From: Octopus vulgaris
Taxonomy: Eukaryota
Length of the DNA stretch: 64,000 nucleotides
Direction: 5' to 3'
Assembly: GCA_951406725.2 (NCBI GenBank)
Contig: OX597822.1
Coordinates: 55,490,001 to 55,554,000 of the forward strand
In this document: positions 27,901 to 40,382 of the stretch, piece by piece
How positions within the stretch are numbered: the first letter of the stretch is position 1
How the letters are laid out: each line of letters starts with the position of its first letter
Translations under genes and position numbers: made by a program
The notes under the pieces: model-generated
The model's input: only the letters and a program-made list of their open reading frames with translations
The model's database searches: none
What the model was told of the DNA's origin: nothing

Positions 27901-28829
27901 ACGGCTGAGCAGGTGTTAGGGGAGGTCATCCCGTGTCTGTTGACTGTAATGGCCTGGCATAGTGGTGGGCAAGGTTCCTTTGTGCTTGGTGTAGCCAGGT
28001 TAGCTGCTGGACAATCCTTTGCGCCATGCACAAAAAAGACTCTTGCTCAGCTGCTGCGTTGCGCAGAACATCTGAGGAGCACACTTCTTTTCTGAATGTT
28101 TTCCTGGAAGACATTTCTTGTCTTTCCTCAGTAAAGCTTTTCTCTTTGAGTCCCCTGAAGTTCTGGCGGGGTGTCGAGTGGGCGAACCGACAGTTTTTTC
28201 CGTCCTCCCCATGTCAACATTTGCCCCGCAGGTAGAATTTACAGGTTCTTGGATGCCTTCAAGATATCTTCGTTCCTGAAGTGTAGTGGGTGGCGTTGGA
28301 TCCTCCATGGGGTTTTCAGCTGTTTGTGTGGAGGTTGGGGTTTCAGCTTTGGTGGTTTTGCCTTTTCCTTCCTTTCCTTCTTTATTTTTGTTTTCCGTCC
28401 TTTTTCCTTCTGTTTTTCTAATTTCTCATTTCTTTGTAGGATTACTGGTACACGGGGGCTTCCATTTTCTGCTCCCTTGGTTCCCCTATCCTTCTCTGCC
28501 TGGTCGTTCACTGGGGTAGGTGATCCATTTTCTTGAGGAACCTCTGGATTACAGAGACTTCCGGGTTCTTTTTCTTTTTCGTCCTCTTCATCCTTATTAG
28601 CCTTGCCGCAATACTTTTCAATTATGTTATCCAAGGTGTTGATGTGTGGTTTTATAAGTATGTAAGACCGGATAATTTCACTTTTATTCCGCTCTATTTG
28701 TTCAATGGTTCTATGAAAGCCATTGTTCTTTAGCGCAGCAATGATGATGTTGTTTGGTGGATCGCCACTAGCAATCATCTATGCTCGTAGTAGAAGATTT
28801 AACTCTTTCTTTTCCCACTTTGGTGCCAT
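27900..28829 (-). pseudogene. LINE ORF1 with Myb/SANT-like N-terminus and degenerate CCCH finger
   Basis: MAPKWEKKELNLLLRAW..ALKNNGFHRTIEQI, which is open in the copies at 35121-35711 and 41512-42102 but has W>stop here. An alternate frame reads CKFYLRGKC*HG..CRFAH. Confidence 0.65.
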
Positions 28830-29598
28830 CTTCGTTTTTAAAGCCCAGAGGGGGAGTAGAGGCTAGAACGGTAAGGAGAGATAGAGAGAAACAGAGACGG
28901 AGAAACACAGAGGGGAGAAATAGGGAAAGAGAGAGGGAGATATGAAGGAAAGAGAGAGATGCTATGAAAGAAATAGAGAGGGTGATATGAGGAAAGCAAG
29001 GGGGTGTGGCGTGTTAAAGAGATAGACAAAGGTAGAGAAGGGGGAGAGAAAGAGAGACAACGTGAGGGAGAGGAGAATAGAAAGAGAGACAGAGTGAAGG
29101 AGAAGAGGGGAAGAGAAAGAGAGACAGAGGGAGGGATAGGATAGCAAGAGAAAGAGAGACAAAGTGAAGGAGAGACAGGAAAGGATGAAGGATGTGAGAG
29201 AGAAGGAGAGACGGAGTGAGAAAAATGGGCAAATGAGAAGTATATGAGAGAGAGGGTGATGTGACGAGAGGAGAGGTAGATGTGAGATGGAAAAGAAAGA
29301 GAAGTGAGAATAGAGGAGGATATGAAAGGGAGGGAGAGAGATGAGAGAAAGTGTAAGATATGCAAGAGAGAGCGAAAGAGTAGGCGTAAAGAGAGATAAA
29401 GGAAGGGAGCGAGGAGCTGGAAGTGGAGGAATATATGTAAGGGAGGGGAAAGGAAGAGGGTAGATATGAAGAGAGTGGGGAGACCAAAGAAATACATAAT
29501 TCTAAACTAATTACGATTATATTTCTAACTCAGTCGTAACTCAGATCTTAACTTAAATTACAAGAAAATAAACAAATGAAAAGAATTTTAAATATTAT

Positions 29599-30012
29599 AG
29601 GCGCAGGAGTGGCTGTGTGGTAAGTAGCTTGCTAACAAACCTCATGGTTCCGGGTTCAGTCCCACTGCGTGGCATCTTAGGCAAGTGTCTTCTGCTATAG
29701 CCCCGGGCCGACCAATGCCTTGTGAGTGGATTTGGTAGACGGAAACTGAAAGAGGCCTGTCGTATATATATATATATATGTATGTGTGTTTGTGTGTCTG
29801 TGTTTGTCCCCCTAGCATTGCTTGACAACCGATGCTGGTGTGTTTACGTCCCCGTCACTTAGCGGTTCGGCAAAAAGAGACCGATAGAATAAGTACTGGG
29901 CTTACAAAAGAATAAGTCCCGGGCTCGATTTGCTCGACTAAAGGCGGTGCTCCAGCATGGCCGCAGTCAAATGACTGAAACAAGTAAAAGAGAAAGAGAA
30001 AGAGAAAGAGAA
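29599..30012 (+). mobile_element. Full-length tRNA-derived SINE, present only in unit U1
   Basis: GGCGCAGGAGTGGCTGTGTGG..GGTTCAGTCCC head and (GAGAAA)n tail. The empty site AAATATAAGTTTT is seen in U2 (~36475), with an equivalent site in U3 (~42848). Confidence 0.9.
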
Positions 30013-30550
30013 TAAGTTTTATAGAGATAAAATGAAAGATAGATTGAAAGCGAAGTGGACGCTGAAACAGAAATTGAAAGAAGATTATTCTCAGAATGTA
30101 AACGAAGATTGAGTGTAACTCGTAACTCAGATGCTAAAGTAAAATAAACAAATGAAAAGGATACTTATTCGCAAAAGGCAAAATCCGAATCCTCGTGCTT
30201 ATACAAAGAAGTTTTCTTTCAAAAAAGAAAAGAGAACAATTCCTTTTCCTTCTTACATTTGGCTGGAGATAAATTATAGACTTGCCACCAGGTACTTTTT
30301 CGGCGAAGAAACTCGCATACGTAACAAAATTTAATGTATTATATTTAGCTTCAAGCGAAATGTATTACAGTTTTCAATTAAAATATTTTAGTAGACCGTT
30401 ATGAGTTGACAAGTTCTACGTTTTGTTAGTTTTAGTAGATTATTTCGTCGATTTATGCAAACCTTTTTGTTTTTTTTCACAGAGTGAAAGCAAACACGTC
30501 CTTCCTCTATGAAACCGGAAGTATATAGGTATATATATATGTATATATAA

Positions 30551-30586
<36 letters not shown>

Positions 30587-30588
<2 letters not shown>

Positions 30589-30833
30589 CGGTTTCGATTC
30601 CCAGACCGGGCGTTGTGAGTGTTTATTGAGCGAAAACACCTAAAAGCTTCACGAGGCTCCGGCAGAGGGTGGTGATCCCTGCCGTACTCTTTCACCACTC
30701 TTTCTCCCAATCTTTCTTCTGTTGGCCTGCTCGCTTAGCCAGCGGGGTGGAGTCATTCGAAGGCTAAAACAATGCGAACGCATTGTGACCAGCGATGTGC
30801 AACTACATCTGATGGACTGGTCGGTCACGTGAT
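30587..30833 (+). mobile_element. 5'-truncated tRNA-SINE in (TA)n (paralogs 37040-37285, 44044-44232)
   Basis: B box GTTTCGATTCCC, body related to the 22392 SINE. Confidence 0.7.
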
Positions 30834-30969
30834 ATATATATATATATGATTTTAAACTGAATTCTAAGAACAAGGAAAGAGTCCACTCCACATTTAGCAC
30901 AAGTTGACAACATATTGCAGATGTGCTTAGTTGTCATTCTATTCAGCCCTTTTCAATGAATTTCATTAA

Positions 30970-31630
30970 CAGTGAAATCCTAGTCATGGCCAATGGCAGT
31001 GCCGCCTTGCTGGCACCTGTGCAATTGGCATGTTAAAAGCACCATTCAAGCGTGGCTGATGCCAGTGCCACCTGACTGCTTCCCATACCAGTGGTACTTA
31101 AAAAGCACACACTACACTCTCAGAATAGCTGGTGTTAGGAAAGGCATCCTGCTGTAGAAACCTTGCCAAATCAGATTGGAGCCTAGTGCAGCCACCTGGC
31201 TTGCCAGCTTTCAGTGAAACCGTCCAACTCATACCAATATGGAAAGTGGATGATTAAGATGATAATGATTATAATCATAATAATTTATCATTAGAATTAC
31301 TTTCTACAAATTGAAATTTAATGTGCTGAGCTATTAGCAAGTTTAACAACTTCCTGTAAGACAGCTCTACATGGGACTATATTTGTCAGCCAATGTGAAA
31401 TGTAAGGTATCATAAGATATTATAATCATAATAATTTATCATTAGAATTACTTTCTACAAATTGAAATTTAATGTGCTGTATGGCAGCTGTACATGGGAC
31501 TATATATCTATATATATATATAGGCATTATTAAATCTCAGAGCGAGATGTAAACAGTAACCGCTCAACAACGTAAAGTATAAAAGCCATCTCAATATGGC
31601 TAACCACAAAGTTGGGGTGTTACTGTATAT

Positions 31631-31697
<67 letters not shown>

Positions 31698-32395
31698 CAG
31701 AGACAGAGACAGAGTTAACAGACCTTTACTTTGTCTGAATTTCATTCACAGTGTGTTACTGAAACTTGTTTTTGACTTCGCATTTGAATAGTCATTGTAT
31801 TTGATTGATACTTTTATACACATTACAGCAAACATTCATTCAAGGATAGGTTACTGACATGAATTGGTTCCAATAGGTTGATTATGAGTCAATTTGGGTG
31901 CATCAGCCTATAGGTCAACATAGTTTTGATTTATCTCTTTAAGGTATATTCTCAGGTAAAAGTCCCGCACAGTATTCTGTATTATACTATATATTGGTAA
32001 TAGTCAAAAGTTTTGGAGTGTCAAGTCAAATGAAGATCATAGAAGTCAAGTGAGTCATTGGGCAATATACTGTACTTGTGAAGACCTGTTGAACTGAGTA
32101 AAATCCTAGTCACGGCCAATGCCAGTGCCGCCTGACTGGCAGCTGTGCATGTGTTATGTTAAAAGCACCATTCAAGCGTGACTGATGCCAGTGCCACCTG
32201 AATGGTTCCCATGCCAGTGGTACTTAAAAAGCACCCACTACAATCTCAGAGTAGTTGGTGTTAGGAAAGGTATCCTGCTGTAGAAACCTTGCCAAATCAG
32301 ATTGGAGCCTAGTGCTGCCTGTTGACTTACCAGATCTCAGTCAAACCGTTCAACCTATACCAGTATGGAAAGTGGATGATTAAGATGATGATATT
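30970..32395 (+). mobile_element. Two 3' fragments (30970-31270, 32095-32395) of a SINE-like repeat with (GAT)n tail, repeated in U2 and U3
   Basis: GGTGTTAGGAAAGGCATCCTGCTGTAGAAACC..CCGTCCAAC..GGAAAGTGGATGATTAAGATGAT occurs twice per unit. Confidence 0.7.
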
Positions 32396-33379
32396 ATAAT
32401 CATAATAATTTATCATTAGAATTACTTTCTACAAGTTGAAATTTAATGTGCTGTAAGACAGCTGTACATGGGACTATATTTGTCAGCCAATCTGAAATGT
32501 AAGGTATCACAGCAATTATAATTTTGTGAATGTTCATTTTGAAGGAAGTGACCTTTTTTCTGATCGAAAAGGAGAAAACTCTTCTATTCTTCATTTATCC
32601 ATTACCGTTCGATAATAGCAAAATCACTACAAAGCTGAATTTTTCACTGAGAAAACATTCAACAGACTGTTAAGACTTAATTAAAAGTTGATATGCATTT
32701 TTTTTAATGATTGTATCTGTTTAATATATCTTAACTTAATTTCTCTTGATTGAGCAGATCTCTGAACAAAGGCGTTCCTGCCATGAACATTTTATTTCAT
32801 TCCAATTATAATGCATCAAGTGCTATATCATCCAATATGTCCTTGCTTTAAGACAGAATAATGTGATTGGAAGTAGATTTGGTTGCTATTTCTGGTATAG
32901 CAACCACATAACTTCTCTCATAAGATCAAAATGTATCGTCTGTTCTCATAAGCTTTACCCTTTCCTTATTGTATTTATTTTGAGACGCTCTGTGTTTCTT
33001 TCAATTACTTTAAATATAACAAAGAATTTAGTAAAATAGCTTGGTTATCATTCAGCTAATGTTAGGAACATAAATTGTATCTAAGGTTCGGTGGCAGCTT
33101 TTAATTGAAAACTTATGTAAACAAGACATTTGTACCCAGTGCCAGAGCCGGTTTCAGCTGGGTTGGTAATGAAAGGGTTAATATGGGAACTTTGATTTTA
33201 AACTGAATTCTAAGAACAAGTAGAGATAGAGTCCACTCCACCTTTAGCACAAAGTGGGGGTGTTACTGTAGCTTTTAGCCTCAAGAGATCGACGTCTCAA
33301 GGTGGCTTTAGACACACTTTCTCTGCCCTTCATGTATTTGCAAAGGGAAGTCATCCCTTCCTCGTAAGCCTTAGTGATA

Positions 33380-33425
33380 CGCACCGGACCGCGGTTTCGA
33401 GATTATTGTCTCTTATCAACGGGCG
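33380..33425 (-). ncRNA. Variant hammerhead ribozyme (paralogs 39769-39814, 45681-45727)
   Basis: Minus strand CGCCCG-TTGATAA-GAGAcaataaTCTC-GAAAC-CGCG-GTC^CGGTGCG. The core has C3U and G8A changes. Confidence 0.65.
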
Positions 33426-33544
33426 GTAACCACCAGGTTACGATGAAAGGCAAGGCTTGCTTTGCAAATATATAAGAGTTTTTCTAGTGACGTCTGCCAC
33501 AGATTTCGAAAAACTGACTGTAAGCATTTTAAAATATCAGAGCG

Positions 33545-33990
33545 TGAAACAGTTGAGGGTGAGGACGAGCTCTGCCAGGCGGAGAAGGGTGGGGGTGCCG
33601 AGGGTGGGGTCGGGACGACGGTCGAGGAAGTGTTGGAGGGCTAAAAGACCCTCATTGTGGGGAATTAACGTTTACATGGATTTTATGTCTAAGGTGAAGA
33701 GGAGGTGTGAGGGGCTGGAAGGAAAGGAAAAGGAATTGAAGGGATGGGAAGGCTGCGACTAAGAGGGACAGGATGCGGTCGAGGTATAGGGAAAGGTGTT
33801 CAGTGGGGCAATTACAGGCGGAAACGATGGGGTGGCCAGGGTTATTGTGTTTATGAATTTTGGGAAGGAAATAGATGGTGGAGGTGCGGGGTGTGCGGAC
33901 GATGAGGTTGGTGGCGGTGGGGGGGAGAGCAGAAGAAGAGATGAGGTCGTGGATGGTGGAGGACACTCGCTGTTGGTAGGAAGAGGTGGG
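33545..33990 (-). pseudogene. Penelope RT fragment (paralog 39935-40382)
   Basis: DPTSSYQQRV..YFLPKIHK.NNPGHPIVS..CPTE.LS.YLD.IL. Confidence 0.85.
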
Positions 33991-36380
33991 ATCTCTTTTT
34001 GGATCGATTTCCAATCTGCTTTGTGGAAGTTCAGATTAGAGAGATTTCGGGTGCTTCCTTTAGGCTGTATGTCTCTGGTCACTTTCGGCCCAAACATTGA
34101 CAGCTCTATTATGTTGTGATCCGAGACTAATGTCGGTGTCACTTTCACATCATGAATGATGTCCATATAGTTCGTGAAGCAGAGATCCAGAATGTTATTC
34201 GCCCCAGATGGTTTGAGTACAACTTGCTCCATGAATAAGGCATTGGTGAGGTTGAGCTGGGACTCCACTTGTACTTGCATGCAATGATTCATTCCTGAGA
34301 GTATGAGACCTTCGGGCCATTTGACGTTGGGGAAGTTGAAATCACCCATAAGAAATATGGTCACGTTGTGTTCCAGATTCATGGGGATTTCTTTAATTCT
34401 TGTGAGGCAATCTTCAAACTTGCCTATGTAATTTGGAGCATCCGGTGGGCAATATGTATTGCATATGACTATATTATGTTGTCTTATGTATACAATTAAA
34501 GTGTCACATACCGAACTTGAGTATGTCAGTAAGACCTAGGGTGTGAGGTCATCCCGGATGTATACAGCAACTCCACCATGGCTCCTTTCCCTTCTGTCTG
34601 TTCGCAGTGTGGTATAGTTTGGTACATGTACTTCTGCGTCCTCTATATCAGGGCTGAGGTGAGTTTCCACGAGTGCTATGCATAGGGCTTGATTGCATGC
34701 AGTAAGATCTCTCAGGAAAGAAATTTTGCTTTTATTTTGATGCAACAGGCCCCCAATATTTAGTAAAAGTATTGGGGTGACGGCTGTGCAGGTGTTAGGG
34801 GAGGTCATCCCGTGTCTGTTGACTGTAATGGCCTGGCATAGTGGTGGGCAAGGTTCCTTCTTTGTGCTTGGTGTAGCCAGGTTAGCTGCTGAACAATTCT
34901 TTGCGCCATGCATAAAAAAGACTCTTGCTCAGCTGCTGCGTTGCGCAGAACATCTGAGGAGCACACTTCTTTTCTGAATGTTTTCCTGGAAGACATTTCT
35001 TGTCTTTCCTCAGTAAAGCTTTTCTCTTTGAGTCCCCTGAAGTTCTGGCGGGGTGTCGAGTGGGCGAACCGACAGTTTTTGCCGTCTTCCCCATGTCAAC
35101 ATTTGCCCCGCAGGTAGAATTTACAGGTTCTTGGATGCCTTCCAGATTTCTTCGTTCCTGAAGTGTAGTGGGTGGCGTTGGATCCTCCATGGGGTTTTCA
35201 GCTGTTTGTGTGGAGGTTGGGGTTTCAGCTTTGGTGGTTTTGCCTTTTCCTTCCTTTCCTTCTTTATTTTTGTTTTCCGTCCTTTTTTCTTCTGTTTTTC
35301 TAATTTCCCATTTCTTTGTAGGACTACTGGTACACGGGGACTTCCATTTTCTGCTCCCTTGGTTCCCCTATCCTTCTCTGCCTGGTCGTTCACTGGGGTA
35401 GGTGATCCATTTTCTTGAGGAACCTCTGGATTACAGAGAATTCCGGGTTCTATTTCTTTTTCGTCCACTTCATCCTTATTAGCCTTGCCGCAATAATTTT
35501 CAATTATGTTATCCAAGGTGTTGATGTGTGGTTTTATAAGTATGTAAGACCGGATAATTTCACTTTTATTCCGCTCTATCTGTTCAATGGTTCTATGAAA
35601 GCCATTGTTCTTTAGCGCAGCAATGATGATGTTGTTTGGCGGATCGCCACTAGCAATCATCCATGCTCGTAGCAGAAGATTTAACTCTTTCTTTTCCCAC
35701 TTTGGTGCCATCTTCGTTTTTGATGCCCAGCGGGGGAGTTGAGACTAGAACGGTAAGGAGAGATAGAGAGAAACAGAGACGGAGAAACACAGAGGGGAGA
35801 AATAGGGAAAGAGAGAGGGAGATATGAAGGAAAGAGAGAGATGCTATGAAAGAAATAGAGAGGGTGATATGAGGAAAGCAAGGGGGTGTGGCGTGTTAAA
35901 GAGATAGAGGAAGGTAGAGAAGGGGGAGAGAAAGAGAGACAACGCGAGGGAGAGGAAAATAGAAAGAGAGACAGAGTGAAGGAGAAGAGGGGAAGAGAAA
36001 GAGAGACAGAGGGAGGGATAGGATAGCAAGAGAAAGAGAGACAAAGTGAAGGAGAGACAGGAAAGGATGAAGGATGTGAGAGAGAAGGAGAGACGGAGTG
36101 AGAAGAATGGGCAAATGAGAAGTATATGAGAGAGAGGGTGATGTGACGAGAGGAGAGGTAGATGTGAGATGGAAAGGAAAGAGAAGTGAGAAAAGAGGAG
36201 GATATGAAAGGGAGGGAGAGAGATGAGAGAAAGTGCAAGATATGCAAGAGAGAGCGAAAGAGTAGGCGTAAAGAGAGGTAAAGGAAGGGAGCGAGGAGCT
36301 GGAAGTGGAGGAATATATGTAAGGGAGGGGAAAGGAAGAGGGTAGATATGAAGAGAGTGGGGAGACCAAAGAAATACATA
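33991..36380 (-). mobile_element. Duplicated 5' part of the CR1-group LINE (5'UTR, ORF1, APE), unit U2
   Basis: ORFs 35121-35711, 34536-34913 and 33759-34382 are near-identical to U1. Confidence 0.9.
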
Positions 36381-38052
36381 ATTCTAAACTAATTACGATT
36401 ATATTTCTAACTCAGTCGTAACTCAGATCTTAACTTAAATTACAAGAAAATAAACAAATGAAAAGAATTTTAAATATAAGTTTTATAGAGATAAAATGAA
36501 AGATAGATTGAAAGCGAAGTGGACGCTGAAACAGAAATTGAAAGAAGATTATTCTCAGAATGTAAACAAAGATTGAGTCGTAACTCGTAACTCAGATGTT
36601 AAAGTAAGATAAACAAATGAAAAGGATACTTATTCGCAACAAGGTAAAATCCGAATCCTCGTGCTTATACAAAGAAGTTTTCTTTCAAAAAAGAAAAGAG
36701 AACAATTCTTTTTCCTTCTTACATTTGGCTGGAGATAAATTATAGACTTGCCACAACGTACTTTTTCGGCGAAGAAACTCGCATACGTAACTAAATTTAA
36801 TGTATTATATTTAGCTTCAAGCGAAATGTATTACGGTTTTCAATTAATATATTTTAGTAGACCGTTATGAGTTGACAAGTTCTACGTTTTGTTAGTTTTA
36901 GTAGATTATTTCGTCGATTTATGCAAACCTTTTTTTTTTTTTTTCACAGAGTGAAAGCAAACACGTCCTTCCTCTACGAAACCGGAAGTATATAGGTATA
37001 TATATATGTATATATAAATATAAATATATATATATATATCGCGGTTTCGATTCCCAGACCGGGCGTTGTGAGTGTTTATTGAGCGAAAACACCTAAAAGC
37101 TCCACGAGGCTCCGGCAGGGGGTGGTGATCCCTGGGGTACTCTTTCACCTCTCTTTCTCCCACTCTTTCTTCTGTTGGCCTGCTCGCTTAGCCAGCGGGG
37201 TGGAGTCATTCGAAGGCTAAAACAATGCGAACGCATTGTGACCAGCGATGTGCAACTACATCTGATGGACTGGTCGGTCACGTGATATATATATATATAT
37301 GATTTTAAACTGAATTCTAAGAACAAGGAAAGAGTCCACTCCACATTTAGCACAGGTTGACAACATATTGCAGATGTGCTTAGTTGTCATTCTATTCAGC
37401 CCTTTTCAATGAATTTCATTAACAGTGAAATCCTAGTCATGGCCAATGGCAGTGCCACCTTGCTGGCACCTGTGCAATTGGCATGTTAAAAGCACCATTT
37501 AAGCGTGGCTGATGCCAGTGCCACCTGACTGCTTCCCATACCAGTGATACTTAAAAGGTACACACTACACTCTCAGAATAGCTGGTGTTAGGAAAGGCAT
37601 CCTGCTGTAGAAACCTTGCCAAATCAGATTGGAGCCTAGTGCAGCCACCCGGCTTGCCAGCTTTCAGTCAAACCGTCCAACTCATGCCAATATGGAAAGT
37701 GGATGATTAAGATGATAATGATTATAATCATAATAATTTATCATTAGAATTACTTTCTACAAATTGAAATTTAATGTGCTGAGCTATTAGCAAGTTTAAC
37801 AACTTTCTGGAAGACAGCTCTACATGGGACTATATTTGTCAGCCAATGTGAAATGTAAGGTATCATAAGATATTATAATCATAATAAAATTTAATGTGCT
37901 GTATGGCAGCTGTACATGGGACTATATATCTATATATATATATAGGCATTATTAAATCTCAGAGCGAGATGTAAACAGTAACCGCTCAACAACGTAAAGT
38001 ACAGAAGCCATCTCAATATGGCTAACCACAAAGTTGGGGTGTTACTGTATAT

Positions 38053-38112
<60 letters not shown>

Positions 38113-40382
38113 TTAACAGACCATTACTTTGTCTGAATTTCATTCACAGTGTGTTACTGAAACTTGTTTTTGACTTTGCACTTGAATAGTCATTGTATTT
38201 GATTGATACTTTTATACACATTACAGCAAACATTCATTCAAGGATAGGTTACTGACATGAATTGGTTCCAACAGGTTGATTATGAGTCAATTTGGGTTCA
38301 TCAGCCTATAGGTCAACATAGTTTTGATTTATCTCTTTAAGGTATATTCTCAGGTAAAAGTCCCGCACAGTATTCTGTATTATACTATATATTGGTAATA
38401 GTCAAAAGTTTTGGAGTGTCAAGTCAAATGAAGATCATAGAAATCAAGTGAGTCATTGGGCAATATACTGTACTTGTGAAGACCTGTTGAACTGAGTAAA
38501 ATCCTAGTCATGTCCAATGTCAGTGCCGCCTGACTGGCAGCTGTGCAAGTGTTATGTTAAAAGCACCATTCAAGCGTGACTGATGCCAGTACCACCTGAA
38601 TGGTTCCCATGCCAGTGGTACTTAAAAAGCACCCACTACAATCTCAGAATAGTTGGTGTTAGGAAAGGTATCCTGCTGTAGAAACCTTGCCAAATCAGAT
38701 TGGAGCCTAGTGCTGCCTGTTGACTTACCAGCTCTCAGTCAAACCGTTCAACCTATACCAGTATGGAAAGTGGATGATTAAGATGATGATATTATAATCA
38801 TAATAATTTATCATTAGAATTACTTTCTACAAATTGAAATTTAATGTGCTGTAAGACAGCTGTACATGGGACTATATTTGTTAACTAATCTGAAATGTAA
38901 GGTATCACAGCAATTATAATTTTGTGAATGTTCATTTTGAAGGACGTGAGCTTTTTTCTGATCGAAAAGGAGAAAACTCTTCTATTCTTCATTCATCCAT
39001 TACCGTTCGATAATAGCAAAATCGCTACAAGGCTAAATTTTTCACTGAGAAAAATTCAACAGACTGTTAAGACTTAATTAAAAGTTGATATGCATTTTTT
39101 TTAATGATTGTATCTGTTTAATATATCTTAACTTAATTTCTCTTGATTGAGCAGATCTCTGAACAAAGGCGTTCCTGCCATGAACATCTTATTTCATTCC
39201 AATTATAATGCATCAAGTGCTATATCATCCAATATGTCCTTGCTTTAAGACAGAATAATGTGATTGGAAGTAGATTTGGTTGCTATTTCTGGTATAGCAA
39301 CCATATAACTTCTCTCATAAGATCAAAGTGTATCGTCTGTTCTCATAAGCTTTACCCTTTCCTTATTGTATTTATTTTGAGACGCTCTGTGTTTCTTTCA
39401 ATTACTTTAAATATAACAAAGAATTTAGTAAAATAGCTTGGTTATCATTCAGCTAATGTTAGGAACATAAATTGTATCTAAGGCAGCTTTTAATTGAAAA
39501 CTTATGTAAACAAGACATTTGTACTCAGTGCCAGAGCCGGTTTCAGCTGGGTTGGTAATGAAAGGGTTAATATGGGAACTTTGATTTTAAACTGAATTCT
39601 AAGAACAAGTAGAGATAGAGTCCACTCCACCTTTAGCACAAAGTGGGGGTGTTACTGTAGCTTTTAGCCTCAAGAGATCGACGTCTCAAGGTGGCTTTAG
39701 ACACACTTTCTCTGCCCTTCAGGTATTTGCAAAGGGAAGTCATCCCTTCCTCGTAAGCCTTAGTGATACGCACCGGACCGCGGTTTCGAGATTATTGTCT
39801 CTTATCAACGGGCGGTAACCACCAGGTCACGATGAAAGGCAAGGCTTGCTTTGCAAATATATAAGAGTTTTTCTAGTGACGTCTGCCACAGATTTCGAAA
39901 AACTGACTGTAAGCATTTTAAAATCTCAGAGCGTGAAACAGTTGAGGGTGAGGACGAGCTCTGCCAGGCGGAGAAGGGTGGGTGTGCCGGGGGTGGGGTC
40001 GGGACGACGGTCGAGGAAGTGTTGGAGGGCTAAGAGACCCTCGTTGTGAGTAATTAACGTTTACAGGGATTTTATGTCTAAGGTGAAGAGGAAGTGTGAG
40101 GGGCTGGAAGGGAAGGAAAAGGAATTGAAGGGATGGGAAGGCTGCGACTAAGGGGGACAGGATGCGGTCGAGGTATAGGGAAAGGTGTTCAGTGGGGCAA
40201 TTACAGATGGAAACGATGGGGTGGCCACGGTTATTGGATTTATGAATTTTGGGAAGGAAATAGATGGTGGAGGTGCGGGGTGTGCGGACGATGAGGTTGG
40301 TGGCGGTGGGGGAGGGGAGAGCAGAAGAAGAGATGAGGTCGTGGATGGTGGAGGACACTCGCTGTTGGTAGGAAGAGGTGGG

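Larger units (their letters stand above)
25095..29500 (-). mobile_element. Near full-length decayed CR1-group LINE (ORF1, then APE-RT ORF2)
   Basis: APE motifs (LVETHL, GGVAVY, MGDFNFP, NILDL, SDHN), RT motifs (GPDG, NYRPISLTS, QHGFR, YLDFAKAFDKV, GVPQG, YSDD), C-terminal LYSLERRRER. 5' boundary is uncertain. Confidence 0.92.

Noticed and set aside
28838-29497. 219-236 aa Ser/Leu/Phe-rich ORFs (also 35681-36379 and 42041-42751)
   Set aside because: Low-complexity pyrimidine-rich region upstream of LINE ORF1. The open frame is explained by composition.
30515-30522. Ets-like motif CCGGAAGT as LINE promoter (also in U2 and U3)
   Set aside because: A single 8-mer whose recurrence is explained by the triplication, and the LINE 5' end is not established.
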